Part shown: piece after piece, positions 17,980 to 26,963 of the stretch
How positions within the stretch are numbered: the first letter of the stretch is position 1
Layout: the number at the start of each line of letters is the position of its first letter
NCBI GenBank assembly: GCA_030648055.1
Contig: JAUSHI010000009.1
Coordinates: 1-45,721, forward strand
Origin: a bacterium
GTDB taxonomy: Bacteria > Patescibacteriota > Minisyncoccia > Sungbacterales > SURF-37
Direction of reading: 5' to 3'
DNA length: 45,721 bases
The notes under the pieces: model-generated
Database searches by the model: none
The model's input: the letters and a program-made list of their open reading frames with translations, nothing else
Told to the model about the DNA's origin: nothing
Position numbers and translations under genes: made by a program

Positions 17980-19698
17980 ATGCCAAATCGGGAAATCTCA
18001 AAAATACTTTTAGAAATGGCTGAGCTTTACGAAATGGACGGAGTTCAATTTAAGCCACGGATTTATGAGAAAGCCTCTCTTTCAGTTGAAGCGACTGACG
18101 AAGACGTGCGCGATCTTTATAAAAAAGACGGCACGAAAGGTCTTATGCAAATTCCCGGTGTCGGCAAGGGTATAGCCGAACACATTGAGGAATATTTGAA
18201 GACCGGCCATTTTAAAGAATACGACCGATTGAAGAAAAAAATGCCGGTAAATATTTCTGAACTCACCGCGGTTGAGGGCGTGGGGCCGAAGATGATAAAA
18301 GTTCTGTGGGATAAACTACATATTAGAAATCTTAATGATCTTGAAAAAGCGGCGCGCGCCGGAAAAATAAAAAAACTCGCGCGTTTTGGAGAAAAATCAG
18401 AACAAAAAATATTAAAAGGCATAGAATTTTTGAAAAAGGCGGGAGGCCGGGCCGTGCTGGGACTAATTTTGCCGGAAATACGCGCAATGGAAAAAGTACT
18501 GAAAACATTTCCGGAGATAGGTAATCTTGCTGTTGCGGGTTCTACGCGGCGGATGAAAGAAACCATCGGCGACATTGATATTCTTGCGACGTCAAAAAAA
18601 CCAGAAAAAGTCATGGAGTGCTTTATGGCGTTACCTCACATCGCGCATGTTTACGCACGCGGTTTAACCAAAACCATGGTGAAATTGAAGAACGGCCTTG
18701 ATGTTGACCTTCGCGTGGTGCCGGAAGAATCGTTTGGCGCCGCGCTTAATTATTTTACCGGCTCCAAAGATCACAATATCGCATTGCGTGAGATTGCCGT
18801 TAAAAAAGGATGGAAATTGAATGAGTACGGCATTTTCCGTGGGAAAAAAATGATCGCCGGAAAAACAGAAGAAGAGGTTTATAAAGCGCTCGGGCTTCGG
18901 TATATAGAACCGGAAATGCGCGAGAATACCGGAGAGATTGAGGCCTCCCGCCGAAATAAACTGCCAAAACTTATAGGTTACGGGGACTTGAAGGGCGATC
19001 TGCAAATTCAAACCAACTGGACCGATGGAGAAAATTCTATTGAAGAAATGGCGGAAGCCGCCAAAATTGCCGGGCTTGAATATATCGTTATAACTGACCA
19101 CACGAAATCGCTTGCCATGACCGGCGGGGCGGATGAGAAAAAGCTCACGCGCCAAATGGCTGAAATTGATAAGATCCAAAAAGAAGTATCGGGAATCAGA
19201 ATATTAAAAGGAGCGGAGGTGAATATCGGAAAAGATGGGTCTCTTGATATTGACGATAAGACGCTTGTGAAATTGGACGTGGTGGGCGCGGCGGTGCACT
19301 CCAGTTTTAGGGGCGAGATGAGCAGGAGCGATCAAACGAAAAGAGTCATTCGCGCCATGGAAAATCCCAACATAGATATAATTTTTCACTTAACCACTAG
19401 AATCATTAACAAACGCGAGCCGATAGAATTGGATATAGATGAGATTGTAAAAGCCGCCAAACGTACAGGGACCGTTTTAGAGATTGACGCCTACCCCGAA
19501 CGCTCAGATATCAAAGATGAATATATAAGAAAGTGCGTTGAGGCAGACGTAAAGATGTCTATTGATTCTGACGCGCATTCTGTTCAGCATATAAAATATC
19601 TTGAATTTGGAGTTGCCCAGGCCAGACGCGGGTGGGCCGAGAAAAAGGATATTATTAACGCCTGGCCGGTTGAGAAAATGCTTAATTTTTTAAAGTAA
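17980..19698 (+). CDS. polX: DNA polymerase X with C-terminal PHP domain
   Basis: HhH IPGVGK; AGSTRR...GDIDIL; YFTGSKDHN; PHP motifs ITDH and DSDAH. Confidence 0.95.
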   Translation: MPNREISKILLEMAELYEMDGVQFKPRIYEKASLSVEATDEDVRDLYKKDGTKGLMQIPGVGKGIAEHIEEYLKTGHFKEYDRLKKKMPVNISELTAVEGVGPKMIKVLWDKLHIRNLNDLEKAARAGKIKKLARFGEKSEQKILKGIEFLKKAGGRAVLGLILPEIRAMEKVLKTFPEIGNLAVAGSTRRMKETIGDIDILATSKKPEKVMECFMALPHIAHVYARGLTKTMVKLKNGLDVDLRVVPEESFGAALNYFTGSKDHNIALREIAVKKGWKLNEYGIFRGKKMIAGKTEEEVYKALGLRYIEPEMRENTGEIEASRRNKLPKLIGYGDLKGDLQIQTNWTDGENSIEEMAEAAKIAGLEYIVITDHTKSLAMTGGADEKKLTRQMAEIDKIQKEVSGIRILKGAEVNIGKDGSLDIDDKTLVKLDVVGAAVHSSFRGEMSRSDQTKRVIRAMENPNIDIIFHLTTRIINKREPIELDIDEIVKAAKRTGTVLEIDAYPERSDIKDEYIRKCVEADVKMSIDSDAHSVQHIKYLEFGVAQARRGWAEKKDIINAWPVEKMLNFLK

Positions 19699-19741
19699 AG
19701 AAAAAGTTGTGCCGGCGATAAAAATGGGTTAATTTTAATAG

Positions 19742-20188
19742 ATGAATAGAACCCAGCAGGAAATTTCGGCCGGTGCGGTAATTTTTAGAAGAGACGCTGG
19801 CGCGATTAAGTTTTTACTTTTGTATCACGGTAAGGGTTATTGGAATTTTCCAAAAGGAAAGCTGGAAAAAGGCGAGCAGTCGTATCAGGCGTTTTTAAGG
19901 GAGGTTGAAGAAGAAACAGGTATTGCAAGGCGGGATATGAAAGTAATTCCTGGCTTTCGTCTGGCTGACAAGTTTTTTTTCACAAGAGAAAAGCGGCCAA
20001 TATTCAAAATAGTTATTTTTTATCTGGTGGAGACCAGAAAATTAGATATTAAAGTTTCTGATGAGCATGAAGGATATGGATGGTTTTTGCCAGGGGACGC
20101 GGTTCGCATATCAAAATTCCGAAATTCAAAAGAAATGATAAGAAAGGCATATAATTTTATTAAGAACCCTAAAGATGGGAAAAAGTAA
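19742..20188 (+). CDS. NUDIX hydrolase (Ap4A hydrolase-like)
   Basis: WNFPKGKLEKGE...REVEEETG Nudix box; VSDEH. Confidence 0.9.
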   Translation: MNRTQQEISAGAVIFRRDAGAIKFLLLYHGKGYWNFPKGKLEKGEQSYQAFLREVEEETGIARRDMKVIPGFRLADKFFFTREKRPIFKIVIFYLVETRKLDIKVSDEHEGYGWFLPGDAVRISKFRNSKEMIRKAYNFIKNPKDGKK

Positions 20189-20495
20189 TAAACGGCTGGC
20201 TAGTGATTTTGAAAAGCGGGTATGGGGGGCTACACAAAAAATTCCATCAGGAAAAGTGGCAACTTATACTGATATCGCGCGGATGTTAAAGCTACCTCGG
20301 GCGGCTCGCGCCATAGGAAGCGCATTGAATAAAAATCCGTTTGCCGCGGTTCCTTGTCATCGAGTGGTGCGTTCCGACGGTATTGTCGGCGGATACGCGC
20401 GGGGAAATGTTGAAAAAATCAGGAAACTTCGCCGCGAGGGAATTGTAATTAAGGGTGGGAAAATTAATCTGGTAATGTTTCGTGTTTGGCTATGA
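20175..20495 (+). CDS. MGMT family (O6-methylguanine-DNA methyltransferase) protein
   Basis: IPSGKVATY, ARAIG and PCHRVV active site. Confidence 0.9.
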   Translation: MGKSNKRLASDFEKRVWGATQKIPSGKVATYTDIARMLKLPRAARAIGSALNKNPFAAVPCHRVVRSDGIVGGYARGNVEKIRKLRREGIVIKGGKINLVMFRVWL

Positions 20496-21211
20496 ATTCC
20501 GAAGGCACAATATTAGATGTAAAAAATCTTTCGGTTACTCTTGACGGGGAGCAGATACTCCATGATATTTCATTTTCGGTAAAAAAGGGTGAAGCGCTCG
20601 CGGTTATCGGACCCAATGGCGCCGGCAAGACCGTGCTTTTTAAGGCTTTGCTTGGATTGTTGCCGAAACAAGGGGAGGTGAATTGGCTGGAAGGTTTGCG
20701 CATTGGTTATGTGCCGCAAAGATTTTTTGTTGATAAGGCAATTCCATTGACCGTAAGAGAGTTCTTTTTGCTTAAGTCGCCTTATTTCTGGTTTCCGTCT
20801 AAATCATTTGTTGGCCACTTGAATCACGAATTGTCTTTGGTCGGCCTGGATGAAAAAATTATGGACAAACAGCTTGCTGAAATTTCCGGAGGGCAGTTTC
20901 AGCGGGTGGCAGTTTCGTGGGCCATGCTTAATCACCCGGATGTGCTTCTTTTTGATGAACCCACGGTAGGAATAGATATCGGCGCGCAGGAGACAATTTA
21001 TAATATTATGCATCGCCTTCAGGACGAGCGGGGAACTACTATTCTTTTAATATCGCATGAGTTGAATATTGTTTATCGTTACGCTCAAAGCGTTTTGTGC
21101 CTTAATAAGAAACGAATTTGTTATGGGCCGCCGGTTGAGGTGTTGAATCCTAAAGAACTTTCCGCGCTTTACGGCGAAGGAGGTTTTTATCATCATCCCG
21201 AACATAAATAA
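20492..21211 (+). CDS. Metal (Zn/Mn) ABC transporter ATPase, ZnuC-like
   Basis: GPNGAGKT, GYVPQR, SGGQFQR, DEPTVGID and His-rich tail. Confidence 0.9.
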   Translation: MNSEGTILDVKNLSVTLDGEQILHDISFSVKKGEALAVIGPNGAGKTVLFKALLGLLPKQGEVNWLEGLRIGYVPQRFFVDKAIPLTVREFFLLKSPYFWFPSKSFVGHLNHELSLVGLDEKIMDKQLAEISGGQFQRVAVSWAMLNHPDVLLFDEPTVGIDIGAQETIYNIMHRLQDERGTTILLISHELNIVYRYAQSVLCLNKKRICYGPPVEVLNPKELSALYGEGGFYHHPEHK

Positions 21212-21222
21212 ATAGCGATTTT

Positions 21223-21993
21223 ATGGAAAACGCCGTCTTAATACAATCTTTGATAGTTGCCGGCATAATAGGCATTGCTTCCGGAGCAATTGGCGCGTTT
21301 ATTATTTTACGGCGTATGGCGCTTGTCGGGGACGCACTTTCTCATGTAGCACTTCCGGGTATCGCGCTCGCTCTTATATATAAAATTGACCCCTTTTGGG
21401 GAGTGCTCGTGTTCCTTCTTGGCGCGGCCTTACTTATTTGGTGGCTTGAGGGCAAAACAAAACTGCCGACCGAAGCCATTGTCGGACTTCTTTTTACAAC
21501 AAGTCTCGCGATAGGTGTTATGCTTATTCCCGACATTGAACTAATTGAATCTCTTTTTGGCGCCTTCCCGAAGCTTTCTTTGTTTGAATTTATTTTTATT
21601 CTTGTTTTCGCGAGTGCTTCAGTTGTTTGTGTGTTTTTGCTCACGAAGAAATTTCTATTCAGCGTTGCCTCGCCTGAACTTTTTCAGTTGGATGACCCGA
21701 AAAGGCGCGTCCAGCTTTTGCTGTTGATTATTTTTTCTTTTACCGTAGCCCTCGGCATCAAGCTTTTGGGGGCACTTCTTATGGGCGCTTTAACCATAAT
21801 TCCCGCAGCTATCGCTAAAAATATGGTGAGATCCGCAACTGGCTATATTATTGCGAGTATTCTTTTGGGTGGCGGAATTGCGCTCTCCGGCTTTTTAATC
21901 GCTTTTTATTATGGATTTTTGCCGGGGCCTACTATTATACTTTTTGGGGTAGCCGTTTTTTTGCTTTCGCTTGTGGTAAAAAGAAGGAGTTGA
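21223..21993 (+). CDS. Metal (Zn/Mn) ABC transporter permease, ZnuB-like
   Basis: RRMALVGDALSHVALPGIA (ABC-3 motif). Confidence 0.9.
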   Translation: MENAVLIQSLIVAGIIGIASGAIGAFIILRRMALVGDALSHVALPGIALALIYKIDPFWGVLVFLLGAALLIWWLEGKTKLPTEAIVGLLFTTSLAIGVMLIPDIELIESLFGAFPKLSLFEFIFILVFASASVVCVFLLTKKFLFSVASPELFQLDDPKRRVQLLLLIIFSFTVALGIKLLGALLMGALTIIPAAIAKNMVRSATGYIIASILLGGGIALSGFLIAFYYGFLPGPTIILFGVAVFLLSLVVKRRS

Positions 21994-22050
21994 TTAAGCC
22001 GCAAATAACAACAAAAAATACCCCCGTCGGGGGGATTGTGAAAGCAGTTT

Positions 22051-22395
22051 TTATTTAACCGCTTCAACTATTTTTTTGAATATCTGCGGCTCTTTTTCGG
22101 CAAATTCCGCCAGAATTTTCCGGTCTAGTTCAATATTTTTCTTCTTTAACGCCGCTATAAATTTTCCGTAAGGCAGGCCATTTTCGCGCGAGGCGGCGTT
22201 AATTTGCACGTTCCATAATTTTCTAAAGTCGCGTTTTTTTAACTTCCGCGATTTGAATTGATACGCCCAGGCGTGAAGCACGGCTTCTTGGGCGGCGCGC
22301 GCTTTGGATTTTCTACCCCATTTAAATCCTCTGGTATGGCGAAGCAGGCGCTCTCTTTTTTTGTGGGCTATTGTTCCTCGTTTTACTCTGGTCAT
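22051..22395 (-). CDS. rplT: 50S ribosomal protein L20
   Basis: MTRVKRG...KKRDFRKLW...INAA...LDRKILA. Confidence 0.97.
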   Translation of the reverse strand: MTRVKRGTIAHKKRERLLRHTRGFKWGRKSKARAAQEAVLHAWAYQFKSRKLKKRDFRKLWNVQINAASRENGLPYGKFIAALKKKNIELDRKILAEFAEKEPQIFKKIVEAVK

Positions 22396-22449
22396 AAATT
22401 TTTTATTGAAATTACCGCGCGTTAAATTTTTGCGCCGCCCCCGCGTTTA

Positions 22450-22641
22450 TTATATTGACTGAAGGTAACGCTTCATCATTTTTCCGTATGTTCCTGTCAC
22501 TTCTACCTTTTCCGAATGGCGGCGTTGGGCCCGGCGCGACTCTTTGGCGTTAAAATGGTTCACGTGACTTTTCCGCCGAATGAGTTTTCCGGTTTTGGTT
22601 ATTCTGATGCGTTTTTGAATTGATTTATTTGGTTTATTCAT
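22450..22641 (-). CDS. rpmI: 50S ribosomal protein L35
   Basis: KRIRITKTGKL...H; located between infC and rplT. Confidence 0.92.
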   Translation of the reverse strand: MNKPNKSIQKRIRITKTGKLIRRKSHVNHFNAKESRRAQRRHSEKVEVTGTYGKMMKRYLQSI

Positions 22642-22763
22642 CCCATTAGAAGCAGGTCACGGTCTGCGCCTGTTGATTACTATATTGATGGTTTATAATT
22701 TTCTTTGTCATAATATTAATGATGCATAATATTTCCCGTACTGCGGCCGCGGCTTCTAACGGG
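22642..22763. mobile_element. Family A element inserted at the rpmI start codon
   Basis: Minus strand: ATGAAT|CCCGTTAGAAGC...GCTTCTAATGGG|ATGAAT; 122 bp. Confidence 0.85.
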
Positions 22764-23286
22764 ATTCATCGGCTTTTTTTGTTTGGGTTAGCCCGTGAAT
22801 AGTAACCGTAAATCCTTGCGGGCTTGATTTAATCGGCGCTTCTTTTTCGTGGCCCGGGATAAGCGCTAAAAATTCTTCAAATCTTTTTTTAGCGAAATCG
22901 CGATGCGCTTTTTCTCTGCCTCTTAAAACGATATCTATGCGGACTTTATTTCTGCCTTCTAAGAATTTTTTTGCCTGATTGGCGCGCATTTCAAGATCGT
23001 GCAGGCCGGTGGCATAGCCGATTCTCAGCATTTTGGTTTCAACCTCCTTTTGCTTTGAGCGGTGTTCGCGCTCGCCCCGTTCGCGCTCGTATTTGAATTT
23101 ACCGAAATCGGCGATTTTTACGACTGGCGGGTTGGCGGTCGGCGAGATCTCAATAACATCAAGACCGCGTTCCTGGGCGATTTTAAGTGCTTCCTCAATC
23201 GGCATGACGCCGAGTTGGCCCTTATCGTCAACCACTCTTACCGGGGAAAGCCGTATTTGTTGATTTATGCGGTAACGTTTTTGGAT
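22756..23286 (-). CDS. infC: Translation initiation factor IF-3, probable ATC start
   Basis: Frame extends upstream of GTG 23235 to give (I)QKRYRINQQIR..VRVVD. An in-frame TAA lies four codons before ATC 23286. PPVVKIADFGKFKYE and LRGRE are present. Confidence 0.93.
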   Translation of the reverse strand: MQKRYRINQQIRLSPVRVVDDKGQLGVMPIEEALKIAQERGLDVIEISPTANPPVVKIADFGKFKYERERGEREHRSKQKEVETKMLRIGYATGLHDLEMRANQAKKFLEGRNKVRIDIVLRGREKAHRDFAKKRFEEFLALIPGHEKEAPIKSSPQGFTVTIHGLTQTKKADESR

Positions 23287-23433
23287 AGTATAAAATTATT
23301 TATAATTTAAGATATGTAGGCAATATATGCGATTTATCGCTGGAAGTCAACACTGATCATGTTTAAGTTTGAAAATGAAAAAGCCGTCGATACACTGACG
23401 ACTTCTTCGTCGTGGTGTGTCGGCGGCGACCGC

Positions 23434-23991
23434 TTAGCGGTAGATGATGAGAAGAACCGTTATTTGTAGCGCGAGGAAACATATAGGCGTGAGTGCTCCA
23501 GCGATATTCCATTTCTTTATTGCCAGAACCCCGCATGCGCTACCTGCCACAATGAGAAGCCATGGAAGGGGCGGTTCGCGCCCTGGATCCGTCCAGACGC
23601 TGGTGATCGTTGGGATGGTGCCGATGGTGGTCGCCACGAGGCAGAGAACGATGAGGACGTTGGGCTCTTTCGAGATGGTCCAGAGCGCCACGGCGACGAT
23701 CACAATGGCGAAACAGGCGAAATCGAGCCGAGTCCATCCCATGGCCGCACCCTTCCAGACACTCGTCATGACGACGACGGCGGCACCGGTGATGTAGGCG
23801 ACCATCTGCCAGGCCATTTCGCCAGCGGCGATCACGCCGACGAGGATCGCTACATCCATGATCCCCCATGAAATCCAGGAGGAGATCGTTGGATGAGCAT
23901 CGCCGCTGAGCACGGATGCCGTGTACGGAACGTAGGCGACTGCAGAGAGTAGAAACGCCAGAGCGGTAAAGACGGACTTGTGATTTACCAT
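23434..23991 (-). CDS. Hypothetical multi-TM membrane protein (PQ-loop-like)
   Basis: AYVPY...PTISSW...IPTI...W.DP..EP pattern; SD GAGGAG; GC-rich; own promoter TTGACA-18-TACAAT (24075-24046). Confidence 0.7.
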   Translation of the reverse strand: MVNHKSVFTALAFLLSAVAYVPYTASVLSGDAHPTISSWISWGIMDVAILVGVIAAGEMAWQMVAYITGAAVVVMTSVWKGAAMGWTRLDFACFAIVIVAVALWTISKEPNVLIVLCLVATTIGTIPTITSVWTDPGREPPLPWLLIVAGSACGVLAIKKWNIAGALTPICFLALQITVLLIIYR

Positions 23992-24166
23992 GATTTACTC
24001 CTCTCTTCTTTTCGTTGGTGTTGGTTTGGCGGTTTGATTATGGTAATTGTACCACAACTATTAGCTATATGTCAATAGTAGAAATCAAAATAGCACGATT
24101 GTGCTGTTTTTTGATGCAAAATTTGGATGACCTTTAAATGGTTCGTCCAAAGTTCAGAATATCCCA

Positions 24167-24207
24167 TTTTATAAAACAACCGCTACTGTAGCGGTTGTTT
24201 TATAAAA
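24167..24207 (-). terminator. Terminator palindrome after ssrA
   Basis: TTTTATAAAACAACCGCTAC-T-GTAGCGGTTGTTTTATAAAA. Confidence 0.75.
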
Positions 24208-24699
24208 TGGAGGTGGTCGGAATTGAACCGGCGTCCGGACCATATTTTTCCAAGATGTACTACGAAGATATCTCCATTGGTGTTTCACCGAGCCGGTAAT
24301 AATGGAGCAAAAACCGGTTTGGATAAAGTTCGCTTTTTGTCGTCCCGATCCACGAACGAAAATTGGGACCAAGCTTTATGTATGACACCCGTGATCCTAA
24401 GTCATCATATTGCTTTCGCAATTTGATGACCGGACGATCAATCCCGCAAGCGGGATTGATTTAGTCTGCCTATTAAGCTTCGGCAGGCGGATGGTCTACG
24501 TGGCCGAACCGTTAGGTTCTAGGCTTAGGCGTAAACAGGAGCGAGCTTATCGTTGCCACCACCAAAAGCGGCCGCAAAGACATTACTCACTTTCGTAAAT
24601 AAGTTTGCACTTATTGTTGTGCCGATGATTTACGAGGATACGGCACCTCCTCGCCTCGCATCTTGAATTTTCAATGATTCGTCGAAGCCTTTCACCCCC
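24208..24699 (-). ncRNA. ssrA: tmRNA
   Basis: 5' GGGGGTGAAAGGCTTCGAC; 3' GACGCCGGTTCAATTCCGACCACCTCCA with G3-U70. Tag frame ANLFTKVSNVFAAAFGGGNDKLAPVYA* (24608-24525). Near smpB. Confidence 0.93.
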
Positions 24700-24769
24700 C
24701 TAGAACACCCAATCACGATTGGGTGTTCGGGCGAGCCCCCATTCAATAAACTAATAATTTGAGTGGGGC

Positions 24770-24823
24770 TTTAGCCTAAAATGTTCGGGCGATCAATCCC
24801 GCCTTGGCGGGATTGATTTAGCC
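24770..24823. repeat. Family C hairpin repeat
   Basis: TTTAGCCTAAAA..TCGGGCGATCAATCCCGC-CTTG-GCGGGATTGATTTAGCC; homologous to 28616-28672 and 24435-24464. Confidence 0.75.
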
Positions 24824-25075
24824 CTTTCTAAATTTTTTTATCAGATTTTTCTTAAATCTGCCAGCCCATAAACTTTTCAGAAATCTTTCTCGGTTAAAGG
24901 CCGCGCCTTTATTTTCGAAACTTTCTGAATGTATAATTGTAAACGGTCTTCGCGTACTAGTTGAACTAACTTTTCCAGAGTTGTGTTTTTGCAGTCTCTT
25001 TTTCAGGTTAGTAGTACATCCAGTATAGAGCTTGCCGTCTTTCCCGCTTAGCAATATATACACGAAATAGGGCAT
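24818..25075 (-). CDS. Small GIY-YIG nuclease
   Basis: MPYFVYILLSGKDGKLYTGCTTNLKKRLQKHNSG...ST..RRPF...RERFLKS. Confidence 0.9.
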   Translation of the reverse strand: MPYFVYILLSGKDGKLYTGCTTNLKKRLQKHNSGKVSSTSTRRPFTIIHSESFENKGAAFNRERFLKSLWAGRFKKNLIKKFRKG

Positions 25076-25076
25076 A

Positions 25077-25529
25077 TTAACCAATCTGATTTTTTATCGC
25101 GCGTTCTATTTTTCTTGCGTCTTCGCGTTCGCGAATCGCCTGGCGTTTATCGCGCCCTTGTTTGTGTCGCGCTAATGCCAGTTCTATCTTGATTCGCGAT
25201 TTCTTATCATACACCCGAATTGGCACTAAAGTCAAGCCCTTTTCGGCAGTTTTTCCTATCAGTTCTTTTATTTCCGATTTGTGGAGCAGTAATTTTCGCG
25301 AGCGGTCCGGGTCATAATTTGCCGGAGTGTTTTTTGCCTGGTATGGCGGAATTGAGGCGTTTATAAGCCAGGCCTCGCTACCCTTAATTACAACATAAGA
25401 CCCCGCGAGATTGACGCGGCCGTTTTTGATCGCTTTGACTTCAAAACCGAAAAGCTCAATCCCGGCCTCGTATTTTTCAAGGACCTCGTAATCAAAAAGC
25501 GCCCGTTTGTTGACTGAATATATTTTCAT
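25077..25529 (-). CDS. smpB: SsrA-binding protein
   Basis: NKRALFDY..LEKYEAGIELFGFEVKAIK, RSRKLLLHKSEI and DKRQAI. True start is ATG 25529; the extra N-terminus in the track derives from the repeat. Confidence 0.97.
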   Translation of the reverse strand: MKIYSVNKRALFDYEVLEKYEAGIELFGFEVKAIKNGRVNLAGSYVVIKGSEAWLINASIPPYQAKNTPANYDPDRSRKLLLHKSEIKELIGKTAEKGLTLVPIRVYDKKSRIKIELALARHKQGRDKRQAIREREDARKIERAIKNQIG

Positions 25530-25651
25530 CCCGTTAGAGATGGGAAATGCTTTAGGCATTCCCGTTTGTTGTGATATGTGGCTATGGTTTTTGACATGAT
25601 AATGTTGCTGAACGATTGTGCGGGCAAAGTAAAGCCCGGATCTTTAACGGG
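25530..25651. mobile_element. Family A element inserted at the smpB start codon
   Basis: Minus strand: ATGAAT|CCCGTTAAAGAT...ATCTCTAACGGG|ATGAAA; 122 bp. Confidence 0.85.
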
Positions 25652-25744
25652 ATTCATCTCTAATTCAAAGGTAGCACACGCTGGCTGTTTTTTGAAAAAG
25701 AAAAAACGAGGCATTGCCTCGTTTATTTTGTCTGCTGGTTTTTA

Positions 25745-26701
25745 TTAAGGCGAATTTCTGGTGTCGGTACGGCACAAACGGTCTCGTTCCGACTCAAGGA
25801 ATTTTCTGAAATCGGCAAATACTTTGTGCCGGCTTGCCGACTTTGTTGCGTCGAAGCGCCTGATTGCTTCTTCAAAAAAGCACTCAACTGTTCCTTGGAG
25901 ATTATCGTTTGCTAGTCGGTACTGATTTAACTCTCTCGTGCGGGCTTCAAATCCGGTGATTTCTTTCCGAAGTTCGCCAATGGCACGCGCCAAAACTTTT
26001 TCGCGCCAGCCGGATGTATCCTGGAACATGGATAGGAGCGTCGCGAGAGGACTTTGTAGTGTGTCAATCAATACAGTTTTCTCGTTTCCTTCAGTAAAAA
26101 TGAGTTCAACCATGGAGATATTGTTGTATTCTTTTCTCTCAAGGCGCAGTTCTGGGCTGTTGATAAGGTCATTATGCGCGTATGAGGTAAGGCGGCGCGG
26201 ATAGGTATAGTGCGTCGGCGAGAGAATTTTTAAGTTCGGATGTAATCTGCGAAGAGAGGGAAACCACTGCTTTTTGTAAAAAACAACCGGAACATCATCG
26301 CCTTCGGCGGTGACCAGCCAGAACCCGTAGTAGTTGTCAAAGCTCCAGTTTTCTCCAGTCCAATACGCGGGAAGGAGGAGCGCGGCGCAGTAGTATGAAA
26401 AGATATGGCGCGTCTCCCAGCGCATATGCTCATTGGGAACAAGAGATTTTTCTTCAGAAAGACTCACTACGCTGTCAGAATCAATCGCTTTGCCTCTGCT
26501 GTTGAAGTATGTTCTGGTGAGGCATACGCGGAGTATTGGTACCATGTTGAATTTGTAATGCGCGCCCCACATTTTTTGGAGATGAGGCCAATCTTTCGCG
26601 GGTTGCTCAAGGATAGCAGTATTCAACGAAAGTTTTGTTGAGACTCTTCCATTCAGGTCTCTTTTGAGCTCTTCAGGTTTAAGATTTTTTGACCAGCGCA
26701 T
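25745..26701 (-). CDS. Hypothetical protein with C-terminal coiled coil
   Basis: 318-aa ORF; SD GAGGAGG; promoter TTGACG-17-TATTTT (26923-26895); terminator near 25696-25725. Confidence 0.7.
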   Translation of the reverse strand: MRWSKNLKPEELKRDLNGRVSTKLSLNTAILEQPAKDWPHLQKMWGAHYKFNMVPILRVCLTRTYFNSRGKAIDSDSVVSLSEEKSLVPNEHMRWETRHIFSYYCAALLLPAYWTGENWSFDNYYGFWLVTAEGDDVPVVFYKKQWFPSLRRLHPNLKILSPTHYTYPRRLTSYAHNDLINSPELRLERKEYNNISMVELIFTEGNEKTVLIDTLQSPLATLLSMFQDTSGWREKVLARAIGELRKEITGFEARTRELNQYRLANDNLQGTVECFFEEAIRRFDATKSASRHKVFADFRKFLESERDRLCRTDTRNSP

Positions 26702-26963
26702 AACCCCTCCTCGGGCCTACGCTCGCGCTCTCGCCACCGTTCTCTCCTTGTCCGATTGCAAGCTTACGGCTTGCGACTTAGGACTTGCCAATGGAGACCT
26801 GTGAAAATGAGCCGAGTTTCGGAGCGCCACCACTTCTTTCGTCCCGGCGTCGTAGGACTTTTTTCTTCAGCGAATTTTCAACGAACTAGACCATAAAATA
26901 GCATTGTAAAATAACAGCGTCAAGTTCTTTTTAATTGTTCATTGATTCCAGTACACTAAAACC

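Noticed and set aside
25530-25559. N-terminal extension MPKAFPISNG on SmpB (similarly MVNKIR on LeuS and MSEQQNPYPTHNF on GIY-YIG)
   Set aside because: These come from repeat arms; the conserved proteins begin at the downstream ATGs.
26835-26872. Hammerhead ribozyme-like CTGAAGA...GTCC/GGAC-GAAA on the minus strand
   Set aside because: Five extra A's separate CUGANGA from stem II, and no convincing stems I/III or cleavage triplet are present.
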